This document shows, one piece after another, positions 49,301 through 59,400 of a stretch of 64,000 bases of DNA; positions within the stretch are counted from its first letter, which is position 1, and every line of letters starts with the position of its first letter. The position numbers and the translations under genes were made by a program. Source of the DNA: a virus; the IMG/VR virus record IMGVR_UViG_3300036770_005682, positions 1 to 64,000 of that record. One strand, 5' to 3'. The notes beneath the pieces are model-generated. The model saw only the letters and a list, made by a program, of their open reading frames with translations, ran no database searches and had not been told where the DNA came from.

Positions 49301-50190
49301 CAGAAGACACGCTTGACTGGTGGAATGACGCCATAGGTGCTGCACTACTTACGACATCGCCTTCCGACTATGAATCAATCGATGATATTGGTTACTCAAA
49401 TCTAATGACCGAATCAGAAGTGTCAGTGGCTATGCCGGTATCAGCTGCTATACAAATGCTGAGGGAAGGCGAATTCAAAACACTCTTCGAAACAGATACA
49501 AGCCAAGGTAATAGCAACAAGTCTGCAAGGAGGACAGCAGAGTTTGCAATGTTTGGCATTTTGCCATCATATGCAGGCAAGCGCCCATCTTATGGCGTCC
49601 TTCATGTCGGAGGAATAACAGAGGATGCCCTTCAAAACACCAATCAATACGGCCCAGTACGTATTGTATTGAAAAAAGATGTCAATAAAGACGTTACATG
49701 GACCGAAATAGACTCTCTATCTTTGATGTCGTCAGCCTCAACGTTGCAAAAGCCGTCAAAACACAGTCTTTTCGGGCAGAGGCTAACCGCCGATACGCCA
49801 TTCACTAGAGTGAGCGCAGAGGACATCATTGCTCTAATTGAAAGAGGAAGAAATACTGGTTCAGCCGACGATAAAACAGCAATCGGAAGAACCAAGTATG
49901 CAGAAGCTCAAATTCATAAGTCAATTACCCCCGACGATATTGCATACATAATTATTGACGACACTGAATGGTACGGAACCCCTACACCTGATTTTCCGCC
50001 GCTGCGAGCCAATGGCGCTGCCATCAATGACGACTCAGCTGAATACGAAGCTGCCATGGACGTGTACCCAGATGACATAATGGATTATGACGGGTACATA
50101 CAGATATCAAAAATTGCTGAATCTCTTAACATACCCGTGATTCGTGCTTCAGACACCTATGACGCCGGCGAGGAAATAATTAGGCCATGA
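46396..50190 (+). CDS. Polyprotein D: HFDWWMFP domain + unknown domain + DUF3626-like domain, with 3 ISGRM linkers
   Basis: EG.FKTLFET.TS.G...R...E..MFG...RPSYG.L...QYG...VLK...DS...YAEAQIH. Confidence 0.75.
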   Translation: MEDEAKKPDNRKNRRKKKNWEKLKESPIVGISTLPGGGLVSAPIMGKALGSRIGRRIGGAGKTPTDMNPATARDADKDMIVLEGVPTINQGRGVPDPTPGGEISGRMGREQNKEEFVGLEKLLRQHFGQFAKFQEWTRNKDWRAFHRNHFDWWMFPIPRGSNTYRDEYNVAGEPLAELLNNRRYMETLPAAMRMYLRSIGWDMDKKNWIADADIENGQEPVRSLNQARLYKIAQSAEAHNLIDELRSVSLMVDDMRASGIRVGNDNYWNSISGRMANNEFVKPDFPENAKPGDKYSTGVEGDTREWQFDGRLWVRQDSGGKRAATMGFRKAGGSTGKSISPSATSIAVGQNKRAMTYGTPEFDEIWARRDANNEAGEGDGVTFDWKDESSRLQYIALMNGSGFPMKHPKTRKRVGWAKFGEGANPPGDYPRRGVPGWVDRLKPELKDLGIAIVPKDHSTMGDQYGSWISFSGTPGSPSAEGQAAKQLLTHLAETISPDTFYEHFEAWLRNPYVTAKKNGKDVGVRLAFNNDRERLLNEYRRRVIALRDSMYDYFGNPMDEVGATMVKPVVDDELSPSTQIGSTGNDWKDITSSAPWAAQRIAAAATEAAADEIPRSKDRLKHMIQSRVQMTLPQEIVDLIGTSESLIDTLLRENFKNRDWGRDSEFDAPDILPSGDAETLEIVDELGDQFIELITSRESTTEITDNDAIEFARDMADDSVNMRAVKPFLQKKLDAKISGRMGNKPETNVEAENIDFLPESPNHLGNHFTSRHEGYDIRPDPVDSIQEARRTGAPLKGLTPGSYSEQIQKYMNGLTDYVIGLGFTSYMQTNPDFYIGSQDEEGRQRAADFRGYLGGWIGTVSAAIMDLGTFGEDFELDDEHREFLRPFLGSSVDKMKNFSDIPDEDPSGYGGNTMQVLKGLLSRGVVTSTPTDGNELNDIATGLAMRAIHAAIKTNNHERIGVSDARQATEDTLDWWNDAIGAALLTTSPSDYESIDDIGYSNLMTESEVSVAMPVSAAIQMLREGEFKTLFETDTSQGNSNKSARRTAEFAMFGILPSYAGKRPSYGVLHVGGITEDALQNTNQYGPVRIVLKKDVNKDVTWTEIDSLSLMSSASTLQKPSKHSLFGQRLTADTPFTRVSAEDIIALIERGRNTGSADDKTAIGRTKYAEAQIHKSITPDDIAYIIIDDTEWYGTPTPDFPPLRANGAAINDDSAEYEAAMDVYPDDIMDYDGYIQISKIAESLNIPVIRASDTYDAGEEIIRP

Positions 50191-50411
50191 ACGAACTATT
50201 TGCAGAGGGTATTGGAGGGGGTGCCAAAATGTATAAAACCCATACTACATTTGTTGGAGATAGCCCTATCTACTTCGGGTACATCCTGAAAAATGGACAA
50301 AAAGGTGGAATAATTAATTTGTCTTCCGTTGTTGCCTCCAACCCTTCCTGGAAGGTTGTGGACGAATTTGCTACTACTAACGAACCTCTAGAAAACCCTA
50401 GAAATCAATGA
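50187..50411 (+). CDS. Small protein coupled to polyprotein D
   Basis: ATGA overlaps at both ends; 74 aa. Confidence 0.55.
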   Translation: MNELFAEGIGGGAKMYKTHTTFVGDSPIYFGYILKNGQKGGIINLSSVVASNPSWKVVDEFATTNEPLENPRNQ

Positions 50412-53400
50412 ACGAAAATAACGATTTACAATTTGATGAAAAGGACATACTTGGCGCTCCACGGATGGTGCGCGTCACGGACCCAGATGTTTTTTCAGAC
50501 CCAGACTCAGCGCGAGTAGCAGCTAGGCGCTTGGGGTGTATTGGAATCAGAAGATACTTAAACCGTTCCGGCGGTGAGTCATGGATGCCGTGTACAAACG
50601 AATCAGACTACAGAAAATACAGCGGCATAGGTGTTTCTGGAAGAAGATTTAGACGTCAACAGCTAGAAAGAGAAATACGTCAAATAACCGGCCGTGGCAA
50701 ACTAGCAAAAAAGACTATCGATTCTGCTGTAGAAACAAAAGCATCCAAGGCGAACAACTACACCAAACCCGAACTGCGCGAACGCCTCAAGCAGCGTATT
50801 ATGGCTGGTTCTGACGGAGGTGCACCTGGTCAGTGGTCTGCGCGCAAGGCACAAATGCTGGCTCAAGCGTACAAAAAAGCTGGCGGTGGATATAAGACTG
50901 GTGGAAAATCAAAAACGCAGCGTTCACTTTCTACATGGACAAAGCAAAACTGGCGAACAAGCGACGGCAAAAAAGCCAGACGAGGAAACTACACAAGGAG
51001 ATACCTCCCAGCTAAAGCGTGGTCAAAACTAACACCAGCGCAAAGAGCTGCAACGAATAAGAAGAAAATAGAAGGCTCAAAACAAGGTGAGCAGTTTGTG
51101 CCTAATACTGCCGCTGCTCGCTCCGCAAGAAAGCGGTCTGTTCGCGGGGCAAAACATTCTGCTTTTTATGAACTTCTTGAAATAAAAAGCATAGAAGGTT
51201 TAATAGAAGTAAAAGCCTTGCCTAGAAGAGCTGCCAGAAGAACACTGCAAACACCAGGCGCACTAAAGCCGCGCCTTAACTCAATGGGGAGAGACCTCAA
51301 CCCCGCTACGGCGCGAAACGCCGACAAAGACCCGTATGTTCTTGAAGGAATCCCAACAATCAACCGTGGGCGAGGCGTTCTTGACCCCACGCCTGGAGGA
51401 AAGCCAAGCCGGTGGGTTCCTCGCGTAAGAAAAGCGCCTTCCAAACCTGAAGTAGCTCCAGAAGCAAAGCCTGCACGTGTTTTACAGAGACAAGCAGAAC
51501 GCCTACCAAAACCACCACAGACACAGCGGCGAGAGTCTTCTTTCGATTGGCTACCTTCAGATTCAGATACATGGACAGAAGAAAACAAGAGACGTCTATT
51601 CGGGTTGCATAAAGAATCAGGGTTTTCTTACTCTGAGTTTGCTAAACGAAATGGTTTATTCGCGGACGACGTACGTGAGTCTGTCGAGACCATAAAGAAC
51701 AAGCGCAAGTCACGGCTCAACGCATTCAAGAAAAATCACCCCAAGTTGATGTCCGTAATTGGTTCGTTTGGTGCCGTGCGAGATGAAGCCATGGAAGCTG
51801 TCGCAGACGGAAAAGTAAAGGATTGGCCTTCCGTTGTGTCATGGGCATTCAAGGACCCCGAACTACGCCGCCAGCGTCTTTCAGACAGAGCAGTTAACGA
51901 CCTTTTCAATAGTGTAAGTAATGGCCTTGACCCCGATGGCAAGTCAGACACTGTTCTCGGATTTATACCCTCTAAAACAAAACCAGGAAAATCTGTTAAA
52001 ACGTTTGCAAAGCGTGGAGCACTCCCCCCAGATTTCACCAGTAGATTCACAACACGCAGAACAGCAGTAGCGCCAGCAAGAAGCATTACATCTATACCAG
52101 AAAGAGCGATACGCCGCCCAGAACGACGCATACAGCGAATTAGTCGCGATATCGAGCGCACGGCGGCAGCATACGAACGTCTTGATGCGATATCGGGTCG
52201 AATGACATCAATATCCGGGCGTATGGCTACGCCCCCTGGCCCAGACTCATCATGGTCGAACCAGCAAAAAGCTCAATGGAAAGCAGAGCAATGGCGGAAA
52301 CGATTCCTATTTGACGAAGCGTTGAATTCAGCAAGAGTCAATCTTTCACCAGAGCTTCAGGCGCACATTGCTAAGTATCCAGATACAGCCACTGCGGCAC
52401 GAGCGATAATGGATATGTCCGACAAGGACCTAGACGCACTGTTCAAGGCTCATAATGATGCACTCAAGGGAGCCAACATAACCATTAAGCCACCTCGTAG
52501 AGATGAGCTCCCTCTTCTGCCGTCCGAAGTGGCCGAAGCAGCCCAAATCAAACGCCCATTGGTTAGAGCATTCCTTGATGAATACAGGAAAATGGCACCG
52601 AACGGAACACTGTCGAGGCTCGATGTCGACACAATGTCAAATGAAGACGTCGAAGAAATGTTCAACCGCTATATCTTGCCGGAAATGGTTGACCCAACAC
52701 GCTTGGATGCAGCAGGTGTTGTAGACGTTGCGCAGAGAATCTCCCAGCCAGGTCAGGAAAATTCCCCTCTCCGTCTGTTGGACAATCTCGCCTACATGGC
52801 CAGCGACGACATGATGAGCCTAGAAGCTCGACGCAGGATTTTAGAAGAACGACTGAATGCTGGTATTGCGGCTGGAACAATGACTCCGGCGCAGCAGCAA
52901 GCTACGCAAAATGCTCTAGACGCAATAGACATGGAACTAGCGAAACTAGTTGCCGATTACGAGGCAGGTCAGCCGCTAGATACATCAATTCCATTTATCC
53001 CTGAAAACATACCTGACCCACGCAAAATGCCTCTCTGGGCTGGGGGACGTCGAGCCCTGGATTTCAACGACCCCGTTACAGCAGAAGATTACGTCATGTT
53101 CCTTCTAGAAAACGACGACGTAGGATTTCACCCTGAGTGGGGCCCCATAACACGCCAGGAATGGAACAACTGGGATGAAGATATAGAACAACGTATACAA
53201 CGAGCAGTCGAAGTGCATTACGAGGGTGGCGAGCTAGAAGCGGAAGATGCAATGAACGCTCTCACGGCCGAATACCAACAATGGTACAACGTTGGCATTG
53301 AAGCAGGCTGGATTGAAGGACAAGAAGAAGAAGAGCCACAACCCGAAAGGCCAATACGAGACGAATTTGGTGTACTCGATGAAGACTGGGTTTGGAATAC

Positions 53401-56400
53401 TGAATTTGGTTCACCCGAAGAGCTCGGCGTCACGGATGACCCATCAACATGGGCTCTACATCCGGACAACGTGCAGGATGATGGTGTAACCCCAATTGAG
53501 TTAGATGAACTTGAGCAGCTCATACTTAAATATGCACCGCGTAAATTTCAAGCCGACTTACTTGAAATGCTCAAGCCAAGTGAATGGACAGACCCTCATA
53601 GTGGCCACATTGACCAGCGCTATGTTGACCTGCCTCCAGAAATGATTGATTATTTTGTTGCTCAGGCTATGGGCACAATGCCACCTATGCCATCCGGTTC
53701 AGGAAATTTACCCACACCGAATATGGGCGGCGTCCAAGGAGATGGAGTAGGAATTTCAGACCCTGGCGGTCCGCGTCTGCGTCGCGGTATACCGTTTATA
53801 CCCAGAAACATAAACTGGGATTCAGCCTTGCGAATGTTCAAACGAATTATCGACAGACAGGGAACTTCTGCATCTGCTCCAGGTTCGTATCGCACCGCAT
53901 CGCTACGTTATGACCCAGCACTTGGTGTATATGAAGACTGGGGACCACTTCAGCTGCAAAACCAGTTTGTTGAAGCGGCTAAAGCAGCAAGAGAACTATA
54001 TGTATCGGGCACTGGGCAAGACTCACGGAAAGCAAGAGAGCAGGTATGGAACCTTCTCCAAGCGGGCAGAACCCCAGAAGAAATAGGACATGAGCTAATA
54101 ATCTTTGGAGCAGACCAGCCAGATACAAATAGGCCGCCACAGCCACTGGATGTATCTGACCTTGTGAAAGCCGCAGCGACAGCGTATGCAGTTGAAAACA
54201 ATCTCCCAGTTGCTGATGTTTCCAAAATGCTTAATGCAAATGCTAAAGCGTTCAATGCTGACGCTACACGCCAAGAAACTCTCCGCCGCTCACAACTGGA
54301 AAGGCTTCGTGCTGATTTAGATAGGCTTCTCAGTGGTCAAAGCATGGACCAAATTATCAAGTCCATTGACGGTTTGATTGAAGAAACAGAACGTAAGAAA
54401 TGGTTTGCTGACCAGGCCTACAGAATTGAGCGCGGCCATGACGCGCGACTACGGAAAGCTATTCTGGACCTAGCGGAAATGTACCCATTGCCTACGGCAC
54501 GCCGCCAAATATTTATGGAGCCAGACGGCTCTATCACTGGTACACCTTCGCGAAACTCAAGGACGTTGTACCAAGAGCCATACACGGGCGAAATATCGGC
54601 TGACGCAAATCTTGGCTGGCCATTAGCTTTTGATGAAGGTTATGACCCCACAAAAATTACTAGGGCTAGGCAGGCTAACAGAATTTACAGATGGTGGCGT
54701 CAGAACTGGGGCTATGTTGACCGCGATGAAAATGGTGAAATAATTCGTCAGTATGTTGGCCCGCTCCAGGGAACGTTAACTGCTCACCAAACTCACGCCA
54801 GAAAATATGGCAACGCGGGTCTATCTGGCACAACAGCATACGCAACCAAAACAGCTGATGCTCGAGTTAGGCAGCTAAAAGAAGTACAAAAACTTCTCAG
54901 TGAAGCCCGCCGCGAAGGCCGCAACTTTAACATCAGTGGATACATGCGTAATGCTGGTCCAAATCTTTATGAGTCATATTCACGCAATGCTGCGCGCTCA
55001 CTAGTTGCTGGGCGTAAAAATAAAAAATCTGCATCAATGCTTCTTGGTTTTGATTCAGAAAACATGCCTGTGACAAGAGCTATGAGGATTGCCTTCACTG
55101 GTGGTTCAGGAAAATTTAGTGATGCCGAAAATATGCATTCTTTTGCATCAATAATGAATCCAGAAAACATCGATTACTTTAATCACCTTTCTCCGGTAGA
55201 AAAAGATTATTTTAGGTCTCTTTATTCTGACGCTGAATTCGTTGTAGCCGTACCTCGAGACGCTGCAGTTTCGGCCAGTCGTTCAATTCGCGGGAAAGAC
55301 GGACTTACACCAGATGAAAAGCTAAGTCAGGCTTTCTATAAAGCAATGTCAGATACACGCCCAACTATTTCTGGACAGATGGGACTTAAGAGAAATCTGT
55401 CAAAAGCAAGGGGAATGGCAAGACGCAACCCTGAGTTGTGGCAGCGCCGCTACATGACTGCGCGTAATAGCTTCAGGATGGCGACGCCATTTAGACGGAC
55501 CACATTGCAAAACTATGACCTAGAACTCAGGCAGGTTGATGACAGCGTGTTTGGGCCAATTTCGGGTCTCTACCTTGTTGATAGAGCAACGGGAAATGTA
55601 ATCGATGGCCCATACAAATCAACGGAATTGATGTCGGCTGTGGATGCAGGCCGTGGCGCCATGAGGAAGGTCAAGGAACAAAATTATCCTCGCCCATGGG
55701 AGCAAATGCCGGAAATACAGAAAGCAATTGCATATGGCGTATCCAACGAAATGCGCGATTTCCTGACTCTCGATGCATATAAGTTGAGCGACATACGCAG
55801 TACGGTAAATGAGAGAGCTCTATCCTTGGATAAGGGCATTCCACAAGAAGCAGCAGATACCGCCGTATTTAGTCGTGACCCAGATACTAGCGACCTAATG
55901 GTTCTTATGATTCAGCGTGAATGGGGACCACATAAGGACGACACGGGCGCATGGGTACTGCCTGGTGGTTTCTCCGACCCAGGTGAAACATCACTAGAAA
56001 CAGCCATGAGAGAGCTCGCAGAAGAGACTGGGATAAAACTTCCAGCAGAGTCTTCCGACCCACAATGGTGGACGACAGAAGGTGCTAAAGCTTTCCGCCT
56101 CAAGCAAATAGGCACAATAGAAGCTCCAGACTGGGATGTGCGATTTACCAAAGGTGTAAAAGTTGGAGGCGCAGCATTGTTTGTATCTCCGGACATAGCG
56201 TTCTCGGCGGGGGATGATGCACGCAGGGCACAATGGATTAGTGTTCGCGACATTGCTGATGGCAAGATACCAGTTGGCTTCGGGCATATAGCTTGGATAA
56301 AGAACGCTTTGGGCCTAGAAAAAGATGACCCAGACGAACTTGATAGCGACCTTACGGACATTGGCTCAAAGCTGGAAAGAATAGAGCGCGCGACTAGAGC

Positions 56401-59400
56401 AAGAAACAAAGAGCTCATAGAAATATCGAATGACTGGCGTAAAAAACTCAACGCAAGTCGCGATAAAGATAATCAAATACCGCTATTCGATGAAAAAAAT
56501 CTTGGCTCCTACTCATCTTGGGAGTTAATACCATCCGATGACCTGATGTACATGGGTGCATTGTCCAAGCTCAAAGTGACAGGAAAACCGCATTCAGATG
56601 CTGACGTAAAAGCAGAAGTGGAGCGAACACGTGAAGTTCGCTTAGGCAGGGTTGGAACGAATTTTGGTCCATCCATATCTGGCCAAATGGGCAATATCGG
56701 ACCGGTCGACATCTACAAAATGCACATATCCGGCAAGACCTCAAACGACATATCTGAATCACTTCCCAGTACAGAAGCAATGCTTAGAGCAACACTGGCT
56801 CTTGGTATGCCGCTCAGTAAAGAGAGCCACAATATTAATCCCCAGGATGAACGAATTTTTCTTTCATCTGCTGTTCGTGGAGAGAATATTGCCGACATCG
56901 CGAGAAGAAACAACATGTCAGTGTCGGAAGCAAACAGTGTCGTCCAGAATTTCGCAAAAATGCGTGAATCTACGGAACCGGCAATCAATAAATCTTTCCG
57001 CAAAGCAATAAAACAAGACAAAAAACTTTCTGGAGCAGAAAAACAAGCCCTTACTCGTCGCCTTAACGGCGCAACAGTCAAAGAAGCGGCCGACTTCCTC
57101 GGTGTAAAGGAAGATGCTTATATACGGCGAGAGGCAAAACTGTTAAACGCCATTCGCGAATCGAATCCTAAAATGTTCAAATCGAACGGAGCCTGGTCAG
57201 ATAACCCACGCGCCCTGGCAGTAGACCAGGAAATATTTATGCGCTTTGTTCATGATGGCCAGCCAGCCTCACGTATAGCAGGCAACATGGGCATGACCGA
57301 AAAGCTTGTGAACAACATTGTCAAGCGCTACGCAAGATGGAGAGACTCCAATGCGCCAATTGAAACAAGCTCTATTAAAAACGCATTGCTCCGTCATTCG
57401 GATTCTTTAACTCCTGGCGAAAATATATTAATGAGTCGCATAGCAGATGGTGAGTCTGTATATGACTTTGCGAAGCGGACTAGAATGCCACGTAAAAGCG
57501 CTGAGCGTATGTATAACTCAGCAATGCTCAAGCTTCATATTGAGTCCGGTGTTGCTCCGAGCTCCAGGGTATTTAGCGCAAACATTTTCAAGGCTGCTCC
57601 AAAGCGTTGGATTTCGCCAATTATGCCAGCAGATATTTTGGCCAAAAAACCAAAAATATCTGGGCGCATGAGTAATAACGACAAAGCTATTTCAACCATC
57701 AAAGAATCTAATGCGTTTAACGAAACGGAACGTGGATTTGTTTCTGCGCCAATGAATGTTTTACGTGAAATGGCTATTGATATACGTCAGGAACTTCGCG
57801 ACCAAGTTGCAGATTTGTCACAAACTTCAGCAGAAATGCATCCGGTGCTCGGAGGGCATGAAGGCGTAAAGAAAATGGCGACACTGGGTGCATATATATC
57901 CAGGACACTAGAAGAGTCTCGTATTTCGGCATTGCTAGACGAATACAAGAGCGCAAAAACAAAATTCATATCGCGCGAACGAAGAGAGTCGGTCGAAAAG
58001 CAGGCAATACTTGACGCAACAAAAAAGCTTTCGGAAGAGCTATGGCTTAAAAAGCAATTTATGGATTTGGCGTCAAACATCTACGACGCTTATGAAAGAG
58101 CATCTTGGCCATGGTTGAAATGGGACAAGTCAAGCCCTGAGTGGAAACGACATTTAGGTGTCTTTGAAACAATGGAAATGTACAAAATCGACACTCCTAG
58201 CGGCAGAAGAAAATACATCAATGATGGCTATTACATGCCGCTGAACCCACGAGAAATGGAAGCATTCCTTGATGCTGTTAATACAAACAACGGCATTACT
58301 GGAAGGATGTCCAACCCGCGCCAATGGGCACGCTCTAGAGACCTATATGAAATCCTTGGTGTTCCAGATACTGCAAGCCCTGAAGATTTAAAGAAAGCTT
58401 TTAGGACAAAATCCAGGGAACTGCATCCAGACGTTAATAAGCGTGCTGACGCAGATGAGCAGTTCAAAGAGCTTGGTTTTGCTTGGGAAACTCTAAGTAA
58501 TTCGAGCCTTAAAGCTCAATACGACTCCTGGAGAACACGCAATGCATCTGGAGCTGCTGCTGACGGCGAAGTAGATAACTTTGAAGAAGATGCCAACTTT
58601 AAAGTCGACGACAACATGTACATTACGGACGAGCGTGGCCGACTATGGCCGCGTCATAATGCAAATAGGGACGACTGGCCGACAGTTCCATTTACAGAAA
58701 ATACAGTGTTCCCGCAGCGCAAATGGGCAGAAAAAGAGTTTGACGAATGGTCGGATTGGACAAGCCACAAAATACAACCATCGAGACCAGCCGGAAGTGC
58801 CCTATGGGGAGAGCGTGGCCCTGGCGACGACATAAGAGATGGTATCGAAACTGACTTTGGTGGAGGAGGCGGTGGGTTCCCAGAGGGCTTCATGTATCGA
58901 GAATCACCAGAGGAATTCGAGAGGCGACTAAGAGATGAATTTGAGAAGCGGCTAAGGGATGAGGGTGCTCAGTTTTGGGATGAGCGGACAATGGGCCCTC
59001 CCCCACGGCCTGATGATTTTCCTGGACCCCCTGGCTTCCCGTCACCTGAAGGGTCTATCAGTGGCAGGATGAGCAATTTCGCCCCACTAGATGACACTAC
59101 GAGGCAGCGTCTCGGTATAGGGGACCTTCCAAGTCTTTACGACCAGCAACAGCTAACTGCGCAATACCCCAAAGACACCGCCATGTTTTATGCTGCTAAG
59201 CCGGGAGAACCAGCAATAGAGGTAACAACAACATTTGGCGGGAAACTAAACCTGGCGCAGCATAGATACGACAACGTATATAGGCCAATTATTGACGCAA
59301 TGATAAATGCAGTCCGCCAAAATAATCGTGGACGTAAAAGGTTCATATCGGTAGGTGGCCCTGCCGGTTCGGGTAAAACAACTGACAGAAAAACTGGCGC

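Noticed and set aside
58910-58962. EEFERRLRD / EFEKRLRD tandem peptide
   Set aside because: A short local duplication in a low-complexity region with no further support.
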